Source: Klebsormidium nitens (taxonomy: Eukaryota; Plantae; Klebsormidiophyceae). From it: 64,000 nt of DNA. The notes beneath the pieces were generated by a model that saw only the letters and a list, made by a program, of their open reading frames with translations, ran no database searches and was not told the DNA's origin. The DNA lies in assembly GCA_000708835.1 (NCBI GenBank), contig DF237259.1:41873-105872 (forward strand). The letters run 5' to 3'. Below are positions 23,021 through 35,867 of this stretch, piece after piece. Numbering within the stretch: position 1 is the first letter of the stretch; each line of letters begins with the position of its first letter. A program made the position numbers and the translations under genes.

Positions 23021-25347
23021 CTGCTTGCCGCCGGCCCGTCCGACATCAAAGACGGATCCAGCTGATACGCCGGGGTGAAGAATCTGCGCTGACTCAGATA
23101 CGCCGCAGCAAGCCCGCTAAACGTTGCGGCGCCCGTGAGCATATACAATACGACCATCTGTAATTGGACTGCTTCTAACGGCGACGCCCCGCCCATTATG
23201 AGACCGGTCATTGCGCCCGGGAGTGAGACCAGGCCGATTGTTTTCGCGGTGTCGATAATGGGGCTCATCCCGGTTCCGAGTGCGCGGCGCAGCTGTACGA
23301 GGCTCGCTTGGCGGGGGGTGGCCCCCTAGGGCCAGCGCAACTTCGACCTGTGTACCAAAAGACTCTTGCATAAAAAATGATGAGTTCTTTTGGTGGGGGG
23401 GTGTCTTTTAGACTAAAACGTTTTCGCCCCCAAAAGGAAACCAAATGGAGGTTTCAAACCAGCTGACGACAAGCGACGGTGATTGCCATGAGATGAAACG
23501 GGTGTTGACGAATGGTGTTGGCGATCAAACTTATTCGTCATCATAGGGAGCGGCTCATGAGGTTTACAAGTATTGAACTCTTTTGGAGTCGTCGATTGCA
23601 GTTGCACCTAGGTTGTCAAAATCCACACTTCCTGTCATATTCTGAAACCAAGTAGGAGGAGTTGTTCTGAAACTGAAGGAATCGTTGAATCTTCATGGTA
23701 TGATGTCCTTCCGAAAAGCATGTTTGTTATGGTGACCCTACGTGTCTGGGACACTCTTATCCAGGCTTGTGAGCCAGGCGACCAGCCAAAGTTCTTGCCA
23801 AACCCGGATTATTGATGCTACCAGACTCCCGCGTTCAATATCATCCTCGAGCAGTGATCTGCCGAGAAGCTCACCTCAAGACGCTGTAGGCGGAGGTCCT
23901 CTCGTAGGCGCTTCATAGTTACCCCCGTGACGCTCATTGCGTTTCCGGTGATGTTTCCAGCTATGGGGATAATATACCGCGGCTCAAAGGGAAAGACGCG
24001 GAGTAGAACCAGAGCTGTGGTCGTAAGGCTGGTGGCAACCAAGACGGCCAGGGTCGCAACCACGTGACTGCCGGGGACGGCGCGAGCGCGCTCGCCTGCG
24101 GTGTAGCCGGCAATCAGAACCTGGTCAAGGGGGGTCGAGTGTACAGTTTTGAGAAGGTGCTTACACAGAGGATGAGGCAGAAGTTGAAGGACGGAGAGGC
24201 AGCCTTCTTGCTTTGCATGAAGGCCTCTGAAGAAAAGGAGGTCTTTGTGTACAATAGGACGAAAGAGACAAGTTAATTGGGAGTGACTTGGGACCCAAAA
24301 GCTCTCTCCCAGCTCCCTAAAGTGGTTTTTTTCCACACACCGATATGCCAAATGACTGTCGAAGAGGCAATCAAAGAATGGACTCACATGGAGACCCAAC
24401 CCCACGATGTTTTGCTTGAAAGAGCAAGCCTGAAGGAAACGTGTACACATTCATCACAGGAGTGCAATCAGCCAAGATTCGAGAGATTTGGTTCGAATTT
24501 CAACGTCTCAAACCGTTTGAAACCTCTCACTAAGTCTAACACTCACCATAACGCTGATGGAGACCAGAATGAGAGCAGCCCCCTTCTGCGCAAACACGTA
24601 CTGCAGCGCGAATCCAATCCCAATGAGCTGCACAAAGGAGCGCACGACGGCCACCAGCATCTCCTTCTCTAGGCCGACGCCCTCGCGCCATGAGATCAGC
24701 ATTGCAGCCAGTACTAGCGCCATAGCAGCAATCGGGCGTAGCAATCCCCGTGCAAACTGGCTTTGATGCACATTAGTCAGGGCTTCAGAAATAGCTGAGG
24801 CAGGAGAGAAGGCAGACAGACGCGTCGATCGCCTGGGGCTAGTGGAAGGATGTGTTTGTAGACTTGCTAGCTGAATGTAGTTTTTTTGGGGAGTGCCTGA
24901 TCTCCAAAAAGCAGAGTGGCTTTGATGCACATTAGCTGCTGCTGAGCTCAGGTTTTCAGAACTTGCTGAAGGAGGGGAGAAGGCAGACAAATGTGCGGAG
25001 CGCCTTAGGGCAGGGGAATGATGAGTGTGTGTATCTGCTAGCAGCTGAGTGCGGTGATGTTTAAGAGTGCCTGAATGCAAGAAAGGGGTCTTTCTAAGGA
25101 TGAGGGGTGAGCCAAATTCTGTGACTAGTAACCGAGTGTGGTGGTGTTTAGGAGTGCCTGAGCTCAGAAAAGGAGTCTCTTTGAAGATGAGAGGTCGGGT
25201 AATTGGCGATGTACTGCCTATGCATCTTGGAGAAGGCATCTGTTGAATGCCGCTGTGTTGTGCAGGGGTGATCGAAGCGCGCTGTAATGGATTGCCGCTG
25301 AATTTGACAGCCAGCTCCATGGGGATCGAATAGATGCTGGTCACCAT
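23021..25347 (-). CDS. ALS3: UPF0014 permease ALS3/STAR2 (ABCI16)/FetB-like with long N-terminal extension; N-terminal part of a fused gene; contains a +1 frameshift
   Basis: Exons 24547-25347, 23875-24120, 23021-23347. Motifs EKEMLVAVVRSFVQLIGIGFALQYVF, PRYIIPIAGNITGNAM, ALGATPRQA (after frameshift correction), DTAKTIGLVSLPGAMTGLIMGGASPLEAVQLQ, FFTPAYQL. Confidence 0.9.
24750..25200 (-). repeat. Nested degenerate ~85-160 bp repeats in the ALS3-like N-terminal region
   Basis: tggctttgatgcacattag at ~24758 and ~24917; (g/a)gagtgcctga at ~24890, 25065, 25151; aagg(g/a)gtct..aagatgag at ~25083 and 25169. Confidence 0.75.
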
Positions 25348-26349
25348 GACTCTGGAGAGGAAGGGACTCTGATCACTATCCTTCAGCTTCCGTTACAAAA
25401 TCTTCCGTTTTCGCTTTACAATGTGGTCCACACCTGTAAGATTAAGTGCCCTGCATTGATCAACAATGCCGACGAGCCCCAGTCAGCAAGAAGCACCCTG
25501 TTCAGCAAACCATTCTTATGTCAAACCATTCCACCTAGGAACCATACCTCCTAAACTGTCGACCACTTTGTTCAGTCAAAAACAAAGTCTGTATCAGGAC
25601 TTCCTCCATGAGATCTGCAGCTGAGGTATGAATTGCGGGTCCTGACGTCATCAAGCACACAGAACCATTTTCGCGGCTCGGTAGTACTCGCCGGTCGATG
25701 ACCACGTTGCATCGTAGTCTAATCGAGCTGGAAAGTCTGACCCTTGGTTGATACCGCTTCATACATACTTGCACAGGCGATCCGAGAAGTTCTTAGCCTC
25801 CTTTCTGGGATTCTCAATCAGCCGACCGCCCCGGTTACTGAGCAGTGGCCGGGGTGCTAAAGATTCCGATTCTCCAAGAGGAGCTGTCGCAAGAGCACTC
25901 CCCCAACTCTGCTCCCCACCTCCGAGGTCCCTATTAATAAACGACCCGGGGCGCGAGCAGGCCGGGGAGGCAGACGTAGAACTGAAACTAGGAGTCTCCT
26001 AACTGTTCCAATTTCAACATGCACCAAGCGGCGTGGAGCAGCACTGCCAGCATGCAGGGACCAACGTCCCGGCCATGAGAAAATGTAGACAATTGTGCCA
26101 TGTAACTAGATATAATAATCATCGACAGTCTGGCCATGAAGTAATCCAACGCAAAATTTCCGTATAATCACATTTGCTTTTGCCATGATGGTGCAAAAGC
26201 GGCCGTATCCTACGTGCAGATGGGGCCTCGAGCACAACTAGGATTCGAAGCAGCTACTTTGAAACGAACCAAGTAGGAACCAATAATGTTATCACATAAG
26301 TTGCAAACACAGTCAAGAAACCACGGGCTGAACCTTTGACTATAAGTGA

Positions 26350-29300
26350 CTACCTTTCTGATCCATCAGGAAAGCCGTCAAGCGCACCCTTCTCTCCCTT
26401 CACATAATACCGCTCTACCGCCAACATCCTCTCGTACTTGTCAGGGTGGTAGTTCACGTGAACTGTCACTGGCTTTATCTTTTCCAACTCCCAGGACTTT
26501 CGTACTCGAGTAAACAGTACCTTGCTGTTCATGAAGAGAAGGTAATCTAGCACCCGTTTTGACGCGTGAAGCCCGTCGTACCCCGGACTCGACGGCCGGA
26601 AGAGCTCCTCGTTGAACACCGCCTGATCCCAAGCGTTCTCTTTACTCAACCGGTCCGCGACCCTATCCAGCAACTCAATCGACGCCGCCGTCGGGCGGAT
26701 GTAAAACAGCCCCGAATTGAAGACCCATATCCGCATCGTGTGCGCATACCGTGACCACCCCATCTTCGGATCATCAGACACGTCATCGAACCCGTACGAC
26801 GTAAAATTGTCATGCCCGTCGGTCATCCCCTCAACATCGCAGTCCCGATACAGAAACTTGAACGGATTTTGGAGGAATACAATATCAACATCCGATAATA
26901 GCACGCTGTATCCGAGCAGCATGAACTCCCGCAGGATGTGGAACTTGAGCCCCGAGATCGCGTGGTTCGACCCCGCGTTCTTCTGCGAGTCGGGGATCTC
27001 GAGCGTCTTCCGGTAGTACGGGACGCCGTTCTCCTCGCAAAACTCGGCAATCTCGTCGTCTAAGCACACGACGAGGTAATTGGTCGCCCCCGTGCGCCGC
27101 ACGTTCTCGAACCACGTCTGAAGCATTGGCCGGATGTTGTTGTTCGACACGGCGACAATGAGCTCCTTGCTGACCGCCACCTTTTCGAGGATCTGTAGAG
27201 AAGTTCAGTATTGCAAACGTTAGATTGCCAAACAGGCAGCAGAGGTATTGCGACCGCAAAGCCGATTGTGATAATTCTGCAAGGGAGAGAAGGCAGCCTT
27301 TTCGCTCTTCCTCATCGAAGGCTTATACAGCTCCTTGCACGCGTCTGCTTTCTAGAATCTGCAAAAGAAACCTTCTAGTTGGATATCCGGAATGTTTGAC
27401 TCCAACATAATAGTTGCAGCATTGGAGACGAGACTAATAGCAGAGGAGAGAGCAAGAGGCTCAGAACAGCGGAAGATGAATTCGCCCCTTGCTTGCAAAA
27501 CCGCCACTTCGTCCAATAGTGTCGAAGAAAGGCTGACAGAGAGACTCTTCGTCTGGTCATACGCTTTCACTGCGAAGCTGACGGCTCGTGCCGCTACAAG
27601 TTTCAAATTTTTAGCCACCAAACGGTCGCTTCGTTCTGAACGGACACACGAGAGAAGGACCATCGTCCAAAGGTCAAGGGTTTGATCCACTTGCGATTGC
27701 TAAAATGTACTTTGCAGACTTCGGATGCCCGTGTGTCATTCGGAGAGTGTGCGATGCGAACGGTCTGTCGTTCAGAAACACCACAGGGCGAGCTTCTGGT
27801 AGAGGCGAAGGATTGATAGCTTACAGTCCCGCACACTCCATTACATCGCCTGCAAAACTCTCCTTCGAAGTACTAATCAAATCATAGTAATCCTCGACTA
27901 AAAGTGCCGGGGCAACACAGGGAAACTTCCCGCATCCAAACTCCTTCGTTTTTTCCGATCTGGAATCATACCCAGCAGAGTTCGACAAAACTTGTCGGCT
28001 CTTAGGACTTCGTAACTGACAGTTGTAAGCAGAATGCGGTGCTGCTTCTCGTTCAATTGTCTGATCTGGCCCGTTTGTATCTTCTTCATAGTGCGCCAGA
28101 CGATCAATCCTTTAAACAACCGAACCTCTCAGAAGATGCTCTTCATCAGCAGCTTAGGGGAGCCCCAGTCGACTTCATTGCTGACCCAAACCAAGTTTCA
28201 GTCTAAGGTCGCAAGTGCCGGGAAGCAATTCCTCTGATCAATGGTTATTTCCATGGTCGCCCCGCTGCTAAGCGTCTTGCTTGCCATCCCCGAAATTCTA
28301 ATCCTGATTGCCTCAAGCCGCACAGTTCTCTATGGAAACCAGAGGAAAAGCCACAAACGGCATGTAAGGGGCCAAACCCACAAGAATCAGCAAGGGCCTC
28401 CTACCCTTCAAGAGCCCCAGGGGACGTAAGAACAGGTCGCAGTGACCTCAACCTGTTGAGCCCATAACCAAGGCTAGGGCGAAGAAACAAAGAGCAATGA
28501 GAGCAAATGTAAGGTAGCGAAAACGCAGATCTTATCACCTTTGCCAGCTCCGTGTTCACTTTCGGATCCGGCACAATTGTCGGGAATGTCCTCTCTGCCT
28601 TTATCGACCCCGGCGGCCCCGCCACCGGCCGCTCCTCCTTTTTCACCCGTGCCGGCTGCCGGTACGTCTCGCGAGCCTTCTCTAGTTGCTTCTTCAGACT
28701 GTCAATCTCAAGCTGCGGGTCGTTTCCCTCAGCAGCAGCTAAGGACACGCCTTCTTGCAGGGCGGCTTGTAGTTTCTTCCGAAGAACTGCGGCTTCGGCG
28801 GCAAGGTTTTCACGTTGCCGGACAGCCGCCTCATGCTTCTGCTCGAGTGCGTTTTTCTCCTCCTCTAGTTCTGCCAGCCGCTCCTCCAGATGTTGGGGGC
28901 CCAGTCCCTGCAAACAGGATCAAGTGATTTCGATTGATTCCCATCTCTTCGTCTGATGATTACAACCCCGATATGATATAATGCACTCAAGCTGAGAAAT
29001 GGCAGAAGAACAAGATCAACGAATGGAAGATAGAAAGAGAGAACAGATTGCTCATTGTTTGCAAGTTGAACGTCTTCAAATCTGATCAGGCAATATGTTG
29101 CCATCTAGCTGTCCATCCAAAAAGAATGCGGAAGCTGGGCGGAGAGAGGAGAGCTCGAAGGACTTTTTGGGCAACAAAGGGGCGAGGCGCTGATTGGGGG
29201 GAGCATGTGTATTTGAGGATTCTTCCTCCAATCCAATTTGATGAAAGTTACGAGTGTTTAGAGGTGTTTCGGCAATTGGTAAATCCACTCTGCGCAAGGT

Positions 29301-29903
29301 GCAGGGGATGTTGTCATTTCAAAGTAATGCCAACTTCTTCCCAAATGTTCCAAAAAGTACCTGTATTGATAGGCGGGACTTGTCCTCAGACCTGGAAATT
29401 AAGCTGCATCAAGTTCCAAATCTAGAATCTTTTCTCGTATACAGGCATTGAGCTGGGGGCACTGCCTTGAAGCATGAGAACTCCCTCGCACACAATGCAC
29501 TCACAACAGCCCAGTCTGCGATGAACCCTAGTTTCCCACTGCAAAAAGGATCTGACCTGTTTGCAAGACCGTCGCTCTTGCATCAATCCTTTCTGCTCAA
29601 ATTGTGCAGCTAGTGGTCAAAGCTTGACTCATACGTTGAGTTGCACATTACATCGGACTCAGAATCAAATTTTGAGGAGAAAAGAAGGCACCTTGCCACC
29701 TTGTGCTGCAACATTACCTGTCCTTCTCGTGCTAGATTTGCAGCGTCTGCGGTGGTTCTGAGCTGGCTCAGCCATTGGTTGCTGTCCCCGCCTAACTGGA
29801 GCAGAGACACCAGCACCCCAAGTGCCACGCCAACAAACACCGCTAAGCAAATCTTGCTGTCAGTGACGCCCCCACGGTTGGCGTCCAACCGAGGCCTTGC
29901 CAT
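26350..29903 (-). CDS. RRA: Extensin arabinosyltransferase RRA-like (GT77, nucleotide-diphospho-sugar transferase), type II membrane protein
   Basis: Exons 29718-29903 (TM anchor), 28539-28907 (coiled-coil stem), 26350-27192, all phase 0. Motifs [39 protein letters not shown] (DxD), [41 protein letters not shown]. Confidence 0.92.
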
Positions 29904-30531
29904 TGTGGCCCTCTGAGTCTCAAGGGCGGGAGACACAGCTGGCAGCTTCCTTTCGTCGGCGCTTTGCTGAAAGCTGCTCGAGCTCTACAACGGCTTCTTA
30001 CAGCACAGCAAAGTTCTGAAGTCTTCTCAAAATCTGGGTAAGGCGTCTCGAGCATCAAAGATTCGTGCTTGCCGGCTCAGAAGCTGCTTGGCCGCCGCAT
30101 CCGGAGCTCAGCTGCAGCCTGCATTGTAAGCGGACATCCCCATGCCAAAATTTCAATCCGTCATGGTGCAGTTGGCGCCTCCTCTATCCTAGATAGTCTA
30201 CCATGCAGCATGCTGCAATGCTCATGAGTACCGAGGTATTATGCGGATCTCGGGACTTGGAAGTCCGATTTCCTGAGACTAGTACAAGTTCAACTGTCAG
30301 AGTTTGAGAGAATCCGCTTGAACTTGAACTTGAAAGTCAGCTCCAGAATCTCCAGAATCAATTTTGTCTTCCAACCAGATCAGTATCCAAGTTTTGCATT
30401 CACCTTCTATCTCCCAGCTTCGTCATCCTGGAGCTTAGGTAGGACGAACACATCCAGCTTGTGTTCTGCATTTTTTCTCCTGGCGGGGGTGGTGACACCT
30501 TTTGTGCAGGAAGCGCAAACTTTGATCCACA

Positions 30532-33500
30532 ATGAGAAGGCCCTCGAGTGGTGCAGCTGCCAGCAGCAGGGGCGGGGGTGCCAGCGAGTTTGAGCTGGTA
30601 TGCAGGTTAGAGTGCGTGCAGGGGCTTGTGGACGCGCTTACAAGCATAAAGTGGAAGAAGCAGCAGGTGTGTGTTTGGCGCGCATATAACGTTTTGTGAC
30701 AACAAGCATTCTTCTTAGGAAACCTACTACTAGACAAATCAGCATTGATCGCCACCACTTCAGACTTCCCTTGCAGTAAGGGTAAGTTGGACATCACCAC
30801 TGCAGAAATGAAATGTAGCAATGCCAACAAGATGAGGAAGACCTTCCAATCATGGCTGATATGCCCAAGTGACGCTTGTATTTTACCTCGCAGGACGCTA
30901 TCTGCGAGCTGTCTGAGCATGGAATGCTGATCGTGGTGGAAGAATCCAGCTGCCTGCAAGGGAAGGTGTACTTCAGAAAAGAGGTCAGGGACTAATCTCA
31001 TGGTCGCATCTTTGTTCTTTTCTATCAGCAGTCACTATGAGATCATTCTTTTATTGCTGTTTGCCTGTAACATCTAGAAGAGCGTCGCTGAACAACAAAG
31101 GTCACTCCTTGACTCCTTGGGTGAAGTCTGAGAGAAGCCTTTGAAAGGACTTCTTAGATCAAGGATTGGGGAGACACATAAGAAAGTGAACCACAGTGAT
31201 GTGGCCTTTTAGTCTTGCCCAAACGTGTCCATTTCGCCACTCATTCTGCTGACTTTTGAGCATGTGCTTTGCAGCTTTTCAAAGAATATCAGTACCATGC
31301 AAACGTCCGGCCACGGTTCGGAGTCAGCCTGACCACTCTGGTCGATTGCCTGAACACGTTTGCCTCAACAGCGGGGACCACTGCCCTGGAGCTTCGGTAC
31401 CCTGGCACTGACATGGAACTAATACTAAGGTGACAAGCCTCACTCCGTCACCAGTGGTTTCAATGGTCTAGCGCTACAAAGTAGCACAAGGAGTGTCATA
31501 TGTTGGGAGGTTGTTGCATGTCAAAACAATGGTTGGGAGATCATTGCGTCTAGAAAGTTAACACGTTTGCCATGGCTTGGTGACACTGGCTCTATGTGAT
31601 CCACAAGCCAAAAGCTTGGGGATTTTCTGTGATTTGAGGAAAACAAGAAAGCAGCTCAAAGTACACGTTTCTTCAACATGAAGTGCCTTCCTTTATGGCC
31701 TGTTCATTGTGTTGCTTCATCGTAGAATGCATGTTCGTTCTCATGATTCACATGTCAGGAGACTCTATGCGAATGCGTCCACCTGGCATAACGAGACCTC
31801 GACCGCACTGCAATTGCAGGCTGACTGATGAGAGTAGGATGTGCACGGATGCAGAGATCCGGACGCGAATACCAGACAGCGTACCATACGACTTTTCGAT
31901 CGACGATGACGATGCCAATGAACCCCCAGTTTCATTTGCCGTGAAGGTGAGCGGGTCACTATCCAATCCTCGGAATTCTGAGATGACATGTAAGTCAATC
32001 TTTGAGATCGATTTGATGCAAGAAGGAAAAGGTGGACTGCTATCTGGGAGTCAGCTTGCTTTCTGAAGTTGTGAAGTCGCTTGTCTTTGAGCATGGCCCG
32101 CTTATATGGCAATCAGAAAACTCTCTCCTCAAAGGACTGAATGAGAGTGCGTCTGCAGTGAGGATGCATTCAGAACAAAAGAAGACCCGGATACCTTAAG
32201 CCCTTGTGTCGACCCTCTCTAATTTTCAATGATTCGTAGCACCAACCTAACAAAATCTTCGTTGACAAGAAAAGTACCTAATTCTCTGTCAAGCTCCCGA
32301 CTTGCTAGACTGAGATTCGGGTCTCAGATGATTATGTCCACGAAGGATCAGAAGCCCAATCGTTTTGTTTGCCTGGCTCGTTTGTAGGCCTCTCACACGC
32401 TTACTGTGAGCGTTTTATGTACCTTCCTGTAGTCATCCGCTCTGAAGGACGCTTTTGAGGATCTGGAGTGGCCTGGCTCCAGCATCCAAATTGCCTTGAA
32501 CCCCGAGCCTCCAGTAGTTACGTTCCGTGGAGAGGGACATGGCGACTTGCAAGTAAGCCTCGAGAGAGAATGCGGGTTTTATTGTCCGGGGTGCTTCGTA
32601 TCAAGCATTCTACAGACTGCTATTTAACACCGATAGCGAAAGGCTTCATGTGCTTTAATGTCTTAAGAGCCAGCGGCTGCTTCATTACACAACGATCAGC
32701 CGCAAGCGGCCACTGAGCAGGACACGATGTTGCTGGTTTTCCCTTCTTTTGAAACGGCGTAAACTCGTTTTCGTGTGTGGATAAGAGATGGCTACTCTCT
32801 CTCGGTCGGCCGATGTTCGAAAGCGAGGGAAACAGCAGCGAATGATCAGCAGAGACCCGTTGACAGGACACCGACTGCGCTGTTCGCAGATCGAGGGGTC
32901 ATCCAGAGTGTCGTGGATGCAAAGTTCAACTCGTTTCAGTTCGTGCGGAATGAAGAGGTCGCTGCTGTGGCTTGGTCGGCTGGTAGTCTTACAGAGATTT
33001 GGCAGTGGCAGACTTTAAGTGTTTCCTGCTTGCGCAGATTGACTTCTTCTACGACAGCCAGACGGACCTGTTCATTGCCTTCCAGTGCGACCGCGCCGCC
33101 TCCTTCTGGTATGCAATTTTCGTTTTTCACGAGAACCTCACACTGAGGTGTTTTCGCTCCAAACGAACCTGACCTTGAGATCGGCTATCGTTTGCTTCCG
33201 AATTCCCCCTTGTCCCGTCTCTCGAAAGTTCCAGTGGTTTCATCAAAATACATGAATTGACCATGTGCCAAAAGTCCCGTCAGCCTCTCGAAAGATTCTG
33301 CGTCATTCGGCGAAGCACAGCGGCTCGTACTCGTCCGAAGGCCAGCAGTAACGTTGAAGGACTTTCAAGGAGTAGAAAGCGTTTGTCCTGCTCCCTTTAC
33401 ACGTCTCTGATTACAGTGCTGTCAGTATCACCACATCCCTTCGTAGGCGTGTTATTGGACGGGGTCGTTTCAAATCAACCAGCTGGCGCTTTTCGTACGT

Positions 33501-34301
33501 GTTTCGGGTTGGATGCAGGTGCTCGTTTGGTTTACGTTCTCGTAACCAGCTCGGATTGCCACTCGCGCAGGTACAAGTACAAGTTTCTCCGAGCGACGAC
33601 CGCAAACATTCCGGGCAGCATTTTGAAGGACAACCGAGGGAGCAAGCTGACGATCGACAACCGCGGCCTTCTCAAGGTCAGAGCCGCCACTCCCTGATCT
33701 GCTCAGCATCTCTAATTTACATCTTTTTAATACGTTTAGCTGATGGCACAGCATTGACCACGAGCTTTTGCTTGTAGCTTCATCTTCCAACAGTCTGCGT
33801 GAAGCCTATGTCGGAACTGGAATCAGCTCAAAGAACGCATTTCGATGAACTCGTCTCTCATTTTATGCTTCTTAGAACGCCCTTATCTGCCGTTGATTCT
33901 GTCCGCCATAGCCTTAGGATATTAGTCCGACGTTCATAGTCCTTGAAACTCCACGTTGTGACAGAATTGAAGACCTTGTCGAGCGGGCAACTGATCATAA
34001 GAAAAAATGAACCAGATACATTCGTTGATGGATGCGAGAAGAGATAGCCAGCTCCTAGCGGCAGCAACGTGCAGTTTTTACGGCCGTGGGCGCTTCATGC
34101 TTAGAAGAGCTTCATGAGGGTATCTCACGCATTCTGTTCAATCTGCAGGTACAGCACATCATTTCTATCAGGCAAACAGCGGCGCAGGTCCAGCAGAATC
34201 AAGACAGCAGCCTCGACGGAAGAATGACGGATCAAAGTTCTCGAATATCGTACGTCGAGTTTTATGTGCTGCCGGATGAAGAACCAGTCGACGTCAACTG
34301 A
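30532..34301 (+). CDS. RAD1: RAD1 subunit of the 9-1-1 checkpoint clamp
   Basis: Exons 30532-30666, 30894-30983, 31275-31429, 31820-31946, 32433-32552, 33038-33108, 33571-33676, 34149-34301 splice in frame. Motifs LECVQGLVDAL, CELSEHG, RPRFGVSL..LVDCLNTF, ALKDAFEDLEWPGSSI, YKYKFLRAT, LLKVQH, ISYVEFYV. Confidence 0.93.
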
Positions 34302-35867
34302 TCTTCCTCGCTGAGCTTGAGCTCCTCACGCATGGCGTGGCCATGTGCGCATCCAAATTTACCCGCAATCTTCCGGTGGTGCCTGTCGGAAATGCTGGGC
34401 GGGCGAGTGGAGTTGCATAACAGTGTGCTCAACCAGGTAAAATGTTCACCGATTTCAGTTCAGTCATGTTGCAATATCATGTGCAGTCCAAATGGTCGGA
34501 CTTCTGCGTGAGTCACTCCATGACTAGCTGCTGGTCGGCCCCATGCAGCTGCATGTCGCACCCATTTAGATCGATGCGGCCAGCACGGCGGCCACTGAAA
34601 TAACTGTTTGCCAAGCCGTCTGAGTGTCTGTGCATGCCCCGAGACATTATGCAAATTGGATCAGCACATGCCGGCCGGCTGCCAGCGCTGCGCGGCCTTG
34701 GCCCGCGGCCGACCTCATGACCCGGGCCAGTGAACTTACTTACTCGGCAAACTGCAGCTGGGGGCCTGGGGCAGCCGCATCAACCCCGTCTCTACTCGAT
34801 CGATCAGTGCACCGCGGAGCATGTGCATTTCAACTGCATGGGCCCTGGATTGCCCTGAGCCGTAACTAGAGAGATAGCACATGTGCACGAACATCATGGA
34901 AACGTACGTAAATATGTCTGGCAAGCATCGAAGCAGATGCTCACTTTCTTGACTGAGTGCTCACCTTGACCGAGTGCCATGATCGGCTTAGCCGGAAAGT
35001 GGGGTACGAATTCGCTGTGAAGTGAGCTCTCAGCTGCATGCTCAAGAGCAAGTTCAAACTTGTATTTCGATCTGAGCATCCGAATCGACGGCCAGGCCAG
35101 AAACAACATGTATCATCCTGACAAGGCTGACGTGTATTATGGTTAAACCCTTCAAGCACCTGTTTGATTACATATACGAACCATCGTACATGTAATCAAA
35201 CCCGTGTGAAGCATTCTGAAGGAAGACGTGTTCGTGCAGAAGCTACAACATGGAAGCAGACTTGCATTCCAGCAGGTCAAGCGTCTACAACACGGCGTCT
35301 TCTGGTCCGGGCCTGGAAGGTGGGAGTCGAGGCGAGGACCTCAGAATGTCCACAAGCTCCTTTGCGTTCGCTTCTTCGCTCCATGCCATCGCTTTTCCAG
35401 CGGCAGCGGTACCGACTTCAGCTAGCTTCCTCCTGCAAAAAGTAAAACGCGTCCGTTTGTAATTCCCTCAAGAGTCTGGCGGCGTGGCCATCCCATGCTG
35501 AGTTCAGTTGACTCTGCCGCTTCATACGCGCAACTTGGAACAACGATTGCGGACTCAAACGAGAGGAAGCTGGTAACAGCGTGCAGGAAAAGCAAGATGT
35601 CAGCACAGGGGTTCAAATTTTGAACTTGACGCTCGACTTAAGAGAGTGGGTTCTATGAAGCGAGAACAAAGCCTTGTGATAACTGCCGTGTGGTGGACCT
35701 AAAGCTCATTCTTCCCCATCATTGCTGTCAGTTTGTGTGTCCGTTCACAATGACGTACAGGAGTCGGTGCACCGAAGCGAAGACAGCAAGCTCAAGATGA
35801 CAATAAGACTGTACGGTGATGCGCGCAAAGCCACTGTTTTTGCAAAGGACAAAGAAATATATAAGAC

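Noticed and set aside
20898-25347. Recent horizontal transfer of a bacterial fetAB operon
   Set aside because: Spliceosomal introns are present, sequences resemble plant ALS3/STAR1, and the domain order is the reverse of E. coli fetA-fetB.
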